From positions 4,506 to 68,505 of the forward strand of contig CAJUFR010000006.1 of the NCBI GenBank assembly GCA_910585525.1: a stretch of DNA of 64,000 nucleotides, written 5' to 3'. Origin of the DNA: an uncultured Angelakisella sp. (lineage in GTDB: Bacteria; Bacillota; Clostridia; Oscillospirales; Ruminococcaceae). Shown here piece by piece: positions 44,377-53,878 of this stretch. Under the pieces are notes generated by a model. That model was not told the DNA's origin, searched no databases, and saw nothing but the letters and a program-made list of their open reading frames with translations. Each line of letters starts with the position of its first letter. Position 1 is the stretch's first letter. The translations under genes and the position numbers were made by a program.

Positions 44377-45729
44377 TTAGTTCAACTCCACCACCACCTG
44401 CCGGGGGTCCTGATCCTGCTCCTCCAGCATGCTGTTGATGTAGCCGATGGGGGCGAAGCCGCTGTGCTTGCGCCACATGGCGTAGTGGTCGCTGGCCTTG
44501 ACCTCCTCCCGCAGCTGGGCGGCGTAGCCGCTGAAATAGGCGGGGTTGAGGATGGCCATGGTCTGGGCCATCAGCTCCAGGTCGGCGTCCTTGTTCAGCT
44601 GGGCCATGTAAAGGCTGGCGTAGGACCGGTCATAGGAGAGGTCGTAGAAGAACTGATAGGAGTAGTCCTCGAACCCCAGCAGCTGGGGGTCCTGGGAGCC
44701 GGTGGCCGCCGCCCAGCCCTCCATGTCCACCTCTTGGGTATGGTAGCTAAGGCTCTCCCCCGGCCGGTAATCCACCACCCCGTACTGGTTGGTGTAGACG
44801 GCGTAGGAACTGGTGGCGATATCGTAGAAGGACTTCCCTCCCAGCCGGGTTTCCCGGATGTTCTGGATGTGGACGTGGCCGCTGAAGTTCACCCTGACGC
44901 CGTATCTTCCGTAGAGTTCCAGCACCTCCCCGGCGTTGTCCAGGGTGTAGCCGGCGCTGAGCCGGGGGCTTTGGTCCAGAAGGTTATGGTGGGTGGCGGA
45001 GATGACCTCCTTCCCCTGGCGCCTGGCCTCCTCCAGCTGGTCCTCCAGCCAGGCCAGGGTCTGGGATGAGAGGGCCCCGGAGTTGTCCGGGATGCTCAGT
45101 CCCCCGGCACGGTCGTATTTGTTGGTGTCCAGCATCACCGCCCACAGGTCCTCCGACAGGGGGCAGACATAGCTGAGACTGGCGTTATCCCGGCTGATGG
45201 CCTGGCCGTAGCCCATCTCCCGGTAGATCTCGGCGAATTCCTCCGCCGTCACCCCCCGGACGCTGTAGGTCTTGTCCCGGTTGAAGCCGGTGGCGAAGGC
45301 GTTGCCGATGTCGTGGTTGCCGGGGATCACCAGCACCGGGATACCCGCCTGGCGCAGGGGCAGCAGCCGCCGGGCCAGTTCCCGGTGGCCCTCCCGCTCC
45401 CCGTTCAGGGTCAGGTCCCCGGTGAGGAGCAGCGCCGCCGGGGGGTCGGCCAGCAGTTCCGCCACCAGGGCGTCGGTGAGTTCCGGGATGTAGTTGATCT
45501 GCTTGCCGTCCCCGGCGGCGTAGGCGTCGGTAAAGGCCGCCCCGTCCCGGACCAGCGACCGGGGCAGGAAGTGGAGGTCGGTGGCCACCACCAGCCGCAG
45601 GGGGCTGCCCCCGGCGGCCGGGACCGGCCGGGGCAGGGGCTGGGGGGCGGCGGCGCAGGCCGAAAAAGCCAGGGCCAGCACCAGGGCCAGCAGGGCGGAC
45701 AGACGCTTCCTTGGTACCATATGATACAC
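44377..45729 (-). CDS. metallophosphoesterase lipoprotein
   Basis: Track ORF of 450 aa with lipobox LAFSACAA and the motifs VATDLHF, GDLTLNG, PGNHD and ATHHNL. Confidence 0.8.
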   Translation of the reverse strand: MYHMVPRKRLSALLALVLALAFSACAAAPQPLPRPVPAAGGSPLRLVVATDLHFLPRSLVRDGAAFTDAYAAGDGKQINYIPELTDALVAELLADPPAALLLTGDLTLNGEREGHRELARRLLPLRQAGIPVLVIPGNHDIGNAFATGFNRDKTYSVRGVTAEEFAEIYREMGYGQAISRDNASLSYVCPLSEDLWAVMLDTNKYDRAGGLSIPDNSGALSSQTLAWLEDQLEEARRQGKEVISATHHNLLDQSPRLSAGYTLDNAGEVLELYGRYGVRVNFSGHVHIQNIRETRLGGKSFYDIATSSYAVYTNQYGVVDYRPGESLSYHTQEVDMEGWAAATGSQDPQLLGFEDYSYQFFYDLSYDRSYASLYMAQLNKDADLELMAQTMAILNPAYFSGYAAQLREEVKASDHYAMWRKHSGFAPIGYINSMLEEQDQDPRQVVVELN

Positions 45730-45793
45730 TCCTTCATGAAAAAACGCCCCATCCTTTTGCCAGGACGGGACGTTCTGCGTCTTTGTGGTGTCC

Positions 45794-46057
45794 TTATTCA
45801 GAGAAGCCGGACTCCACCAGCTTGATCAGGGAATCCACCGCCTGCTGCTCGTCAGCGCCATCAGCGATGACCTTGATGGAGGTGCCGCCCACGATGCCCA
45901 GGGAGAGGACACCCAGCAGGCTCTTGGCGTTGACCCTGCGCTCCTCCTTCTCGACCCAGATGGAGGACTTGAACTCATTGGCCTTCTGGATGAAGAAGGT
46001 AGCAGGACGGGCGTGGAGACCCACGTGGTTCTGAACAGTCACTTCTTTTACAAACAT
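45794..46057 (-). CDS. ptsH: phosphocarrier protein HPr
   Basis: Track ORF of 87 aa with His15 (GLHARPA) and Ser46 (NAKSLLGVLSLG) motifs. Confidence 0.9.
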   Translation of the reverse strand: MFVKEVTVQNHVGLHARPATFFIQKANEFKSSIWVEKEERRVNAKSLLGVLSLGIVGGTSIKVIADGADEQQAVDSLIKLVESGFSE

Positions 46058-46107
46058 AGTGAAAAACTCCTTGCTCTCATGTTACTGGTTGTCGCTTACC
46101 CTAATAG

Positions 46108-46135
46108 ATTATAGCATAGCAGGGCCAGCCGTCAA
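46108..46135 (-). promoter_or_regulatory. sigma-A type promoter of ptsH
   Basis: Minus strand reads TTGACG-16 nt-TATAAT. Confidence 0.55.
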
Positions 46136-46221
46136 TGAAAAATGCGCTGTTTCCAATGGATTTTTGGGATTTTCTGCTTGTTTTCCAGATAGGTCCCGAA
46201 AAAAAAACCACTCTTTGTGCA

Positions 46222-46950
46222 TCATACCCATAAAGTTTTCAACCACATCGTCACATTCCACAGCACCGGGCCCAGCAACGCCGGGAGGAGACTGGCGGTC
46301 TTGATCTTCACCACGCCGAAGAAATTGATGCCGATGCAGATGACGATGGCGTAGCCCACCATACAGATCTGGTCCATCAGGGCGCCGGCCAGCACATCCT
46401 TGAGGGAACCGGCCAGCAGGGTCAGCGCCCCCTGGTAGACCAGCACCGTCAGGGCGGCGCAGGGCACCCCGATCCCCAGGCTGGCCCCCAGGACGATGGA
46501 AGCGATAAAGTCCAGGGAGCTTTTGGTGAGGAGCAGGCTGTACCCCTGGCCCAGCCCGTCCTGGATGGCCCCCATGATGGTCATCGCCCCCACGCAGAAC
46601 AGCACCGATGCGCTGATGAACCCCTTGGAGAAATGGCTGGCACCCAGCCGCTTTTCCACCAGTTCCCCCGCCCGCTCCAGCCGCTCCTGGATGCGCAGCA
46701 GTTCCCCGATGAGGGCCCCCAGGGCCAGGCTCCCCAGCAGCAGCAGTTCCCCGGAGGAGGAGAGCCGCCCGGTGGCGGTGTCCACCGTCACCATGGTGCC
46801 CAGCAGCCCGTTGAGGCCGATGACCCCGGAGGAAAGCCCCAGCATATAGGTCACCGCCTGGTCGATGCGGGGGGGCAGCCCTTTTTTGATGCCAAGGCCG
46901 ATGCAGCCCCCGGCCAGCACCGCCGCCGTGTTGATGATGGTACCTGTCAT
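46222..46950 (-). CDS. DUF554 family membrane protein
   Basis: The 475-aa track ORF was trimmed to ATG at 46950 (MTGTIINTAAVLAGGCIGLG..). It overlaps the trmD stop by 4 nt. Confidence 0.7.
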   Translation of the reverse strand: MTGTIINTAAVLAGGCIGLGIKKGLPPRIDQAVTYMLGLSSGVIGLNGLLGTMVTVDTATGRLSSSGELLLLGSLALGALIGELLRIQERLERAGELVEKRLGASHFSKGFISASVLFCVGAMTIMGAIQDGLGQGYSLLLTKSSLDFIASIVLGASLGIGVPCAALTVLVYQGALTLLAGSLKDVLAGALMDQICMVGYAIVICIGINFFGVVKIKTASLLPALLGPVLWNVTMWLKTLWV

Positions 46951-47690
46951 ATCCGCCCCTCTTCCAGCTTGGCCAGGAAGGCCCGGTCCTCCTTGGTGAG
47001 GGGGGCGGTCTCCAGCAGTTCGGGACGCTTGTCCCGGGTGACCCGCAGCGACTGTTCCCGCCGCCACCTGGCGATGTTGGCGTGGTGGCCGGACAGCAGC
47101 ACCGGGGGCACCTCCACCCCGTTCCACACCGCCGGGTGGCTGTACTGGGGGTACTCCAACAGGCCGTTGTAAAGGCTCTCGTCGGTGAAGCAGCTTTCGT
47201 CGCTCAACACCCCGGGGCAGAGCCGGGCCACCGCGTCCAGCATGGCCATGGCGGGGATCTCCCCCCCGGTGAGGACAAAATCCCCCAGGGAAAGTTCCTC
47301 GTCCACGATCTGGTCCAGCACCCGCTGGTCCACCCCCTCGTAGTGGCCGCAGAGGAAGAGCAGCCGGGGGCGCTTTGCAAGGTCCACCGCCTTCTGCTGG
47401 GTGAACAGCTTGCCCTGGGGGGAGGGGAACACCACGTAGGGCTTCTCCCCCCCCGCCTGGCAGACCGCCTGGTAGCAGCGGTAGATGGGCTCGGCCTGCA
47501 TCAGCATCCCCTTGCCCCCGCCGTAGGTGCAGTCGTCCACCCGGTTGTGCTTGTTGCCGGCGTAGTCCCGGATGTTCCAGTACCGCACCTGTATCTTGCC
47601 CGCCCGCTGGGCCCGGCCGATGATGCTCTCGTCGGTGACCGTCTGGCACATATCTACAAAGAGGGTGGCTACCTCAAACAGTGGTATCAT
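46947..47690 (-). CDS. trmD: tRNA (guanine37-N1)-methyltransferase
   Basis: Track ORF 46947..47696 starts at TTG, with ATG at 47690. Motifs are YGGGKGMLM and LSLGDFVLTGGE. Confidence 0.9.
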   Translation of the reverse strand: MIPLFEVATLFVDMCQTVTDESIIGRAQRAGKIQVRYWNIRDYAGNKHNRVDDCTYGGGKGMLMQAEPIYRCYQAVCQAGGEKPYVVFPSPQGKLFTQQKAVDLAKRPRLLFLCGHYEGVDQRVLDQIVDEELSLGDFVLTGGEIPAMAMLDAVARLCPGVLSDESCFTDESLYNGLLEYPQYSHPAVWNGVEVPPVLLSGHHANIARWRREQSLRVTRDKRPELLETAPLTKEDRAFLAKLEEGRI

Positions 47691-48195
47691 CGTCAAACAA
47701 TCCCTCCAGGGGGCGGATCTCCATCCGTCCCGCGTCGATGTCGATGCCCGTCACCACCTGGGGGATGGCGGGGATGAGCCGCACCTTCCCGTCGGGGAAA
47801 GCGATGTGGTAGACGTCGTTGGCCCCTGTCTCGGTAACATCCTGCAAGGTGCCGTAGACCTGGCCGCTGCCGGCGTCCACCACCGTCAGGCCGATGAGGT
47901 CCTGGATGTAGTATTGCCCCTCCTCCAGGCTGTCCTCCTCCCGGTCCAGGTAGAGGACCTTGCCCCGGAGGGGCTGCACCGCCTCCGGGCTGTCATAGCC
48001 CCGGAACTTCACCAGCACCATGTTCTTGGCCGCCCGAGCCTTCTCCACCGCCAGGGCGGTGGCCCCCCGGTCCAGGTAGAGGGTGCCGAAGGGGAGCAGC
48101 GCCTCCGGCCCGTCGCACCAGGGCAGCACCTTCACCTCCCCACGCAGGCCGTGGGTGGCCACGATCTTGCCGCATTCCAGATACCGCTTCTTCAT
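47674..48195 (-). CDS. rimM: 16S rRNA processing protein RimM
   Basis: Track ORF of 173 aa (GKIVATHGLRGEVKV). PRC barrel follows. Confidence 0.9.
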   Translation of the reverse strand: MKKRYLECGKIVATHGLRGEVKVLPWCDGPEALLPFGTLYLDRGATALAVEKARAAKNMVLVKFRGYDSPEAVQPLRGKVLYLDREEDSLEEGQYYIQDLIGLTVVDAGSGQVYGTLQDVTETGANDVYHIAFPDGKVRLIPAIPQVVTGIDIDAGRMEIRPLEGLFDDDTTV

Positions 48196-48272
48196 CCGGT
48201 ACCCTCCCTTTCACAAACCCGCCAGGAGCACTGGGCCCCCGGCGGGTGCTGTTTTTGCGTTGCTGCCGGCTG

Positions 48273-48521
48273 TCAGTCGATCTCCACAGCGGCTTTCATC
48301 CCGGCCTTGTTGGCCGCGGCGCGGACAACGGTGCGGATGGCCTTTGCGATCCGCCCCTGCTTGCCGATGACCCGGCCCATGTCGTCTGCCGCCACATGCA
48401 GGTGGTAAACGATGGTGCCGTCCTCGGCAGGCTCGTCTGCCGTGACGTTCACCGCGTCCTTCTCGTCCACAAGTCCCTGGGAGATGGCTACGATCAGCTC
48501 AGAAATGGTATTGCTATCCAT
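48273..48521 (-). CDS. KH domain RNA-binding protein (KhpA/YlqC-like)
   Basis: Track ORF trimmed to ATG at 48521. It has a GRVIGKQGRIAKAIR GXXG loop and sits between rpsP and rimM. Confidence 0.8.
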   Translation of the reverse strand: MDSNTISELIVAISQGLVDEKDAVNVTADEPAEDGTIVYHLHVAADDMGRVIGKQGRIAKAIRTVVRAAANKAGMKAAVEID

Positions 48522-48603
48522 AGTAGAAAGGTTCCCCTCCATTGATACAGAAAATGCCTCCTGCCGCCACGTGGCAGGTCTGTCACCTGTGGTATGCCGT
48601 TCC

Positions 48604-48846
48604 TTACAGGATACCGTTCAGCTTCATCAGCGCGCGGACGGTATCGGTGGGCTGGGCGCCGTTGGCCAGCCACTTCTTGGCCTTCTCCGCATCCACCTTG
48701 AACTCGGAGGGGTTCTTGGTGGGGTCATAGGTGCCTACCTCCTCGATGAAGCGGCCATCCCGGGGATAGCGGGAATCGGCCACCACCACGCGGTAGAAGG
48801 GTGCTTTCTTGGCGCCCATGCGGCGCAGTCTGATCTTGACGGACAT
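48604..48846 (-). CDS. rpsP: 30S ribosomal protein S16
   Basis: Track ORF of 80 aa: [26 protein letters not shown]. Confidence 0.95.
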   Translation of the reverse strand: MSVKIRLRRMGAKKAPFYRVVVADSRYPRDGRFIEEVGTYDPTKNPSEFKVDAEKAKKWLANGAQPTDTVRALMKLNGIL

Positions 48847-48921
48847 TTTGATTACCTCCAGTATATTTTTTCGTTTGGTAAACGATATGGAAAGCCGGGC
48901 TCCCCCGGCGGGGATACGATA

Positions 48922-50286
48922 TTACATGGGCATCCCCGGCATGCCGCCGGGCATCCCGCCGCCAAAGGGGAGGCGGCGGCGCTTTTTCCCCTTGCCGGGG
49001 GCGAACTGCTTCATCAGCTTCTGGGTATCGGCCAGCTGCTTGATGAGCCGGTTCACATCCTCCACCCGGGTACCGCTGCCGGCGGCGATGCGCCGCTTGC
49101 GGGAGGGGTTGATGAGGGAGGGCTTGGCCCGTTCGGCGGGGGTCATGGAGAGGATGATGGCCTCGGTGCGGCGCATCTGCTTTTCCCCCTCCTGGGCCTC
49201 CTCCTCGGTGACCCTGCCCCCCATGCCGGGGATCATGTCCAGGATGCTGGAAAGGGAGCCCATCTTCTTCATCTGGCCCATCTGCTCCAGCAGGTCGTTG
49301 AAGTCCAGCTGCCCCTCCTTCAGCTTTTTTGCGGTGGTGGCGGCGGTCTCCTGGTCCATCTGGGTGGACGCCTTTTCGATGAGGGTCATCACGTCCCCGA
49401 AGCCCAGGATACGGGAGGCCATCCGGTCGGGGTAGAAGGGTTCCAGGTCGCCGATCTTTTCCCCCACGCCGGCGAATTTGATGGGCTTGCCGGTGGCGGC
49501 CTTTACCGACAGGGCGGCGCCGCCCCGGGTGTCGCCGTCCAGCTTGGTAAGGATGACGCCATCCACCCCCAGGCCGCTGTCAAAACTCTGGGCCACGTTG
49601 ACGGCGTCCTGGCCGGTCATGGAGTCGATGACCAGCAGGGTCTCGTTGGGGTGCACCAGGTCACGGATGCCCCGCAGTTCCTCCATCAGCGCCTCGTCGA
49701 TGTGCAGCCGGCCGGCGGTGTCGATGATGACGATGTCGTTGCCGTAGTCCTTGGCGTGGTTCAGCGCCTTTTTGCAGATGACCAGGGGGTCGGCCTGTCC
49801 CATCTCAAAGACGGGGACACCGGCCTTCTGGCCCACCACCTTCAGCTGGTCGATGGCGGCAGGGCGGTAGATATCGCAGGCCACCAGCAGGGGCCGCTTG
49901 CCCTGCTGCTTGAAGAGGTAGGCCAGCTTGGCGCTGTGGGTGGTCTTACCGGAGCCCTGGAGCCCGCACATCAGGATGATGGTGGGTATCTTGGAGGAAA
50001 GGTTGATGCGGGTGTGGGTGGAGCCCATCAGGGCGGTCATCTCGTCGTTGACGATCTTGATGACCTGCTGGGCGGGGGTAAGGCTTTGGAGCACCTGCTC
50101 CCCCACCGCCTTTTCGGTGACGGTCTTGACAAAGTCCTTGGCCACCTTGTAGTTGACGTCGGCCTCCAGCAGGGCCAGGCGGACCTCCCGCATGGCTTCC
50201 TTGACGTCGGCCTCCCCCAGCTTGCCCCGGTTCTTGAGCTTTTTGAAGGTGGCGGAAAGTTTTTCGGACAAGCCTTCAAAGGCCAA
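48922..50286 (-). CDS. ffh: signal recognition particle protein
   Basis: Track ORF of 454 aa with GLQGSGKTT, DTAGR, TKLDGD and a Met-rich C-terminal domain. Confidence 0.95.
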   Translation of the reverse strand: MAFEGLSEKLSATFKKLKNRGKLGEADVKEAMREVRLALLEADVNYKVAKDFVKTVTEKAVGEQVLQSLTPAQQVIKIVNDEMTALMGSTHTRINLSSKIPTIILMCGLQGSGKTTHSAKLAYLFKQQGKRPLLVACDIYRPAAIDQLKVVGQKAGVPVFEMGQADPLVICKKALNHAKDYGNDIVIIDTAGRLHIDEALMEELRGIRDLVHPNETLLVIDSMTGQDAVNVAQSFDSGLGVDGVILTKLDGDTRGGAALSVKAATGKPIKFAGVGEKIGDLEPFYPDRMASRILGFGDVMTLIEKASTQMDQETAATTAKKLKEGQLDFNDLLEQMGQMKKMGSLSSILDMIPGMGGRVTEEEAQEGEKQMRRTEAIILSMTPAERAKPSLINPSRKRRIAAGSGTRVEDVNRLIKQLADTQKLMKQFAPGKGKKRRRLPFGGGMPGGMPGMPM

Positions 50287-50319
50287 GGCGAGCCCTCCTT
50301 TCGGGATAGTCGTTACGCG

Positions 50320-50688
50320 CTATTCGGCTTCGCTGATCTCCCCGGCCAGGGTGACGATGCGCCCGGTGCGGTTGTAGATCTCCTGGGAGGCGCCGAACCG
50401 GTCGTTGATCCGCTCGATGTCCTTGGCAAGGTCGGTGATCTCGTCCAGGTACGCCTGTATCTTGCGGAACCGCCCGGCCAGGCGCAGCCGGTCCTCGTAG
50501 TCCAGCAGCTGGCTTTCCGCCCGCTTGATGGAATCCCGCACCCCCTGCCGGGTAATGCCGCTGTGGGTAGCGATCTCCGCCAGCGAGAGGTCCTCGTTGT
50601 AGTAAAGTTCCACAACGTCCCGCTGCTTTTCGGTGAGCATGTCGCCATAAAAATCCAGAAGCAGGGAGATCTCCAGGTTTTTTGCCAA
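50320..50688 (-). CDS. ylxM: YlxM/UPF0122 putative DNA-binding protein
   Basis: Track ORF of 122 aa (LLDFYGDMLTEKQRDVVELYYNEDLSLAEIA), immediately upstream of ffh. Confidence 0.85.
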   Translation of the reverse strand: MAKNLEISLLLDFYGDMLTEKQRDVVELYYNEDLSLAEIATHSGITRQGVRDSIKRAESQLLDYEDRLRLAGRFRKIQAYLDEITDLAKDIERINDRFGASQEIYNRTGRIVTLAGEISEAE

Positions 50689-50774
50689 ACTTTTCCCATC
50701 CTTACTGTAAAGTATTTTGCTTTACATCTATCCCAGCCCGCCGGAAACAGGGCTGGCATCGCAGCACGGGATTT

Positions 50775-50803
50775 ATTATAGCGGCCATTTTGGTCACTGT
50801 CAA
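50775..50803 (-). promoter_or_regulatory. consensus sigma-A promoter of ylxM-ffh operon
   Basis: Minus strand reads TTGACA-17 nt-TATAAT. Confidence 0.7.
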
Positions 50804-50847
50804 GGGGTTTCTCTTTACATCGACAGCTTTCGACAAAAATTTTTCCC

Positions 50848-50881
50848 AAAAAAATGCCCGGGCCCTGTGACGGGCTCGGGC
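50848..50881 (-). terminator. intrinsic terminator after mazF
   Basis: Minus strand reads GCCCGAGCCC-gtcaca-GGGCCCGGGC followed by UUUUUUU. Confidence 0.8.
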
Positions 50882-50901
50882 GTTTCCCTACATCCGGCGC
50901 T

Positions 50902-51270
50902 TTATGTAGCCCCGTTGTGCTTCACCGGCTCCAGGCCGAAGCTGATGGAAAGGGCATGGTCCACCTGGTCCATGTAAGGCTCCTCCACCCGGCCCATCCG
51001 CTCCTTCAGCCGCCGCTTGTCGATGGTCCGCACCTGCTCCAGCAGCACCACCGAATCCCGGGAAAGGCCGCAGTTCTGGGAACTGATCTGGATATGGGTG
51101 GGTAGTTTGGTCTTGTCCTTCTGGCTGGTGATGGCTGCGGCGATGACGGTGGGGCTGAACCGGTTGCCCACATCGTTCTGGATGATAAGCACCGGGCGCA
51201 CGCCCCCCTGCTCCGAGCCCACCACCGGGCTCAGGTCCGCGTAGTATATCTCGCCCCGTCGAATGGTCAT
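50902..51270 (-). CDS. mazF: MazF/EndoA (PemK family) endoribonuclease toxin
   Basis: Track ORF of 122 aa. [45 protein letters not shown]...[17 protein letters not shown] is very close to B. subtilis EndoA as I remember it. AAGGAG lies 9 nt upstream. Confidence 0.9.
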   Translation of the reverse strand: MTIRRGEIYYADLSPVVGSEQGGVRPVLIIQNDVGNRFSPTVIAAAITSQKDKTKLPTHIQISSQNCGLSRDSVVLLEQVRTIDKRRLKERMGRVEEPYMDQVDHALSISFGLEPVKHNGAT

Positions 51271-51420
51271 GCTTCATAACTCCTTTTCGTTTTCTGGTCC
51301 GTCATAGAACAGGTTCTTACACCTATAGTTTGTCCCCGGGAACGGGGGGTTAATCACCCCCACTGACATTTTATCCCGCCGGGGCGGCGGCCGTTACAGG
51401 GCAGAGAAAAAGCGCCCCCG

Positions 51421-51975
51421 TCAGGAAGCGCTCGCCTGTTCCCCGTCCAGAAAGACGAAGTCGGTTATCTCGGCATCCCCCTCCACCGACGGGATGAGGA
51501 TGCGGGTCAGTGCCATGGTCTCCTTATCAAAGGTAAGGTCGTAGCTGGTGAGGAGGATGCTGCCGCTGGCGGTCACTGTCTGGTCGTCCTCCTGGATATC
51601 CAGCTTGGCGGGCTTTTCCCCCGCCAGCACCTCCCGCAGCAGCGTCAGCGCCGACTGGGCCGGGATGGCGTAGGCGGAGATATCCACCTCCATCCCCCGG
51701 AACCGCACCGTCAGGTCCTCCCCTGCCGCTGTCACCGACAGCCCCTCCATGGAGGGCGGGGCGGTGAAGTCCAGCTGGAGGTCCCCCGCACCGGTCTTTT
51801 TCACCTGGACGGTGGCGCTGGTGCCGTTGTAGGCCACATCCGCCGTGAAGGAATACTCCCGAGCCAGTGTCTCCCGCACCATGGCGTCATAGTCCACCCT
51901 CTGCCCCAGGTCGTCACAGCCCGCTGCCAGGCAGAGGGCCGCTGCCGCCGCCAGGGCGGCCAATCGTTTCTTCAT
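51421..51975 (-). CDS. lipoprotein, YdcC-like position (unknown function)
   Basis: Track ORF trimmed to ATG at 51975 (MKKRLAALAAAAALCLAAGCDD lipobox). It overlaps the nnr stop. Confidence 0.55.
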   Translation of the reverse strand: MKKRLAALAAAAALCLAAGCDDLGQRVDYDAMVRETLAREYSFTADVAYNGTSATVQVKKTGAGDLQLDFTAPPSMEGLSVTAAGEDLTVRFRGMEVDISAYAIPAQSALTLLREVLAGEKPAKLDIQEDDQTVTASGSILLTSYDLTFDKETMALTRILIPSVEGDAEITDFVFLDGEQASAS

Positions 51976-53507
51976 CCCGTTTCCCTTTCCGCTTCCAAAA
52001 AAGCCTTTGCGATATACTCCGGCAGCTGGCTGGGGAGCATCCCGTCCCGGGACCAGTCCCGGGCGCAGAGCCGGGCCGCCTCCCCGTGGAGCCACCCTCC
52101 GCAGAGGGCCGCCGTTTCCGGCGCCGCCCCCCGGGCCAGCAAGCCCCCGATGACGCCTGTGAGGACATCGCCGCTGCCCCCCTTGGCCAGGCCGTCGCAG
52201 CCGCCGAAGTGGTACCGCCGTCCCCCCGCCGGTCCGGTGACGCTGGTCACCGGACCCTTGAGGAGCACCGTGACACCGGCATCCCTTGCCATAGTATATT
52301 CGCCGGAGAAGGGATTATTCCCCACCGCCCCGGCGTCCATACCGGCAAGCCGGGCGTACTCCCCGGGGTGGGGGGTGACCGTCACCGGGCAGGCGGCGTT
52401 TTTCAGCAGCGAGAGGGGGTCGGGGTGCCGGGCCAGGGCGGTAAGGGCCCCGGCGTCCAGCAGCAGCGGCTTCTGCTGGGCCAGCAGCCCCTTGACGATG
52501 GCAAGGGTATCCGGCCCCGGCTCCATGCCGCAGCCCATGGCCACGGCGTCCGCTCCCCGGGCCGCCTCCAGGATGGCGGCAAGGCTCTCCCCGGCGATGC
52601 CGCCCCGTTTGTCCTTTTCGCAGATGGTGTAGATCACCTCCGGGCAGCGGGCCGCCACCAGCTTGCAGACCCGGGAGGTGGAGGCCAGCCGGACATATCC
52701 CACCCCGCTCCGGGCCGCCGCCGTGGCCGCCAGCATCGCCGCCCCGGGGTACTGCCGGGACCCGGCCACCAGCAGCAGCCGCCCGTTGTCCCCCTTGTGG
52801 CCGGTGTGGGACCGCCGGGGGCGGTGCTCCCAGAACCACCGGCTGTCAATGGCCTCCAGCCAGCCGGGGAAGCGGTCCTCTTCCTCCCGGCTGGCCCCGA
52901 TGCCCCCCATGACGATCTCCCCGGCGTACTCCGCCGCCCAGTTCACCAGGTGGGCGGGCTTGTATCCCCCCAGGGCGACGGTCAGCGCCGCCGGGATGCA
53001 GCTTTGCCACCGGCCGGTATCGCTCTCCACCCCGCTGGGGATATCCAAAGCCGCCACCGGTATCCCGCTTTGCCGGACCAGGCGGAACAGCCGGTCCACC
53101 TCCTCCGGGGGCCTGCCGGTGAAGCCGGTGCCGAAGATGCCGTCCACCACCAGTTCCGCCTCCGGCGGGAACAGGGCGGTGGAGGCATCCTCCACCACCC
53201 GCACCCCGGGGGGCATCTCCCCGAAGGCCGCCTTGCTCTCCGGGGTGGCAGGGGGGCCGCAGACCAGGGCGACGGTGACCACCGCCCCCTCCTCCGCCAG
53301 GCGGCGGGCCACCACAAAGCCGTCCCCGCCGTTGTTCCCCTTGCCGCAGAGCACCACCACCCGCCGGCCCTTGGGGGGCCAGCGTTCCATGATCCTTTGG
53401 GCGGCGGACCGTCCGGCCTCCTCCATCATTTGCCGGTAGCTGATGCCGCCGGCAGCCAGGTAGGCTTCGTAGGCCTTCATCCCGGCCACGGTGACAAAGC
53501 GGGTCAT
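51972..53507 (-). CDS. nnr: bifunctional NAD(P)H-hydrate repair enzyme (epimerase/dehydratase)
   Basis: Track ORF of 511 aa with a YjeF-N domain (GKGNNGGDGFVVAR) and a carbohydrate-kinase-like C-domain (GGCDGLAKGGSGDVLTG). Confidence 0.9.
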   Translation of the reverse strand: MTRFVTVAGMKAYEAYLAAGGISYRQMMEEAGRSAAQRIMERWPPKGRRVVVLCGKGNNGGDGFVVARRLAEEGAVVTVALVCGPPATPESKAAFGEMPPGVRVVEDASTALFPPEAELVVDGIFGTGFTGRPPEEVDRLFRLVRQSGIPVAALDIPSGVESDTGRWQSCIPAALTVALGGYKPAHLVNWAAEYAGEIVMGGIGASREEEDRFPGWLEAIDSRWFWEHRPRRSHTGHKGDNGRLLLVAGSRQYPGAAMLAATAAARSGVGYVRLASTSRVCKLVAARCPEVIYTICEKDKRGGIAGESLAAILEAARGADAVAMGCGMEPGPDTLAIVKGLLAQQKPLLLDAGALTALARHPDPLSLLKNAACPVTVTPHPGEYARLAGMDAGAVGNNPFSGEYTMARDAGVTVLLKGPVTSVTGPAGGRRYHFGGCDGLAKGGSGDVLTGVIGGLLARGAAPETAALCGGWLHGEAARLCARDWSRDGMLPSQLPEYIAKAFLEAERETG

Positions 53508-53875
53508 GTCGTTTCCTCCCTCCAGGCCACCACGAAGGCGGTGGCGGTGTCCCCGGTGTGGGTGATGCTCAGGGACAGCCGCCAGCCCGCCGCCAGCCGC
53601 TCCGCCCCGCCGGTGAGGGCGAAGCTGGGCTTGCCCCGCTCATCGTGGCGGATGGACACCTCCCGCAGGGCGAAGCCGGAAAGACCGGTGCCCATGGCCT
53701 TGGAGAAAGCCTCCTTGGCGGCGAAGTGCCCCGCCACCGTCTGGGGGGCGTTTTTGCGGCTCTGGAAATAGGCCCGCTCCTCCTCCGAGAAGCACCGTTC
53801 CAAAAAGCCGGGCCGCTGGATGCTCCCCTGGACACGGCCGATCTCCACCGCGTCCACACCGGTCTCTATCCTCAT
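53504..53875 (-). CDS. acpS: holo-[acyl-carrier-protein] synthase
   Basis: Track ORF of 123 aa: GVDAVEIGRV...FAAKEAFSKAMGTG...SITHTGDTA. Confidence 0.9.
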   Translation of the reverse strand: MRIETGVDAVEIGRVQGSIQRPGFLERCFSEEERAYFQSRKNAPQTVAGHFAAKEAFSKAMGTGLSGFALREVSIRHDERGKPSFALTGGAERLAAGWRLSLSITHTGDTATAFVVAWREETT

Positions 53876-53878
53876 TCG

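Noticed and set aside
51274-51369. 31-codon ORF upstream of mazF as a confident mini-antitoxin
   Set aside because: It has no SD and no resemblance to MazE, PemI or RHH folds, and nothing shows it is conserved. It is mentioned only as a hypothesis inside the mazF finding.
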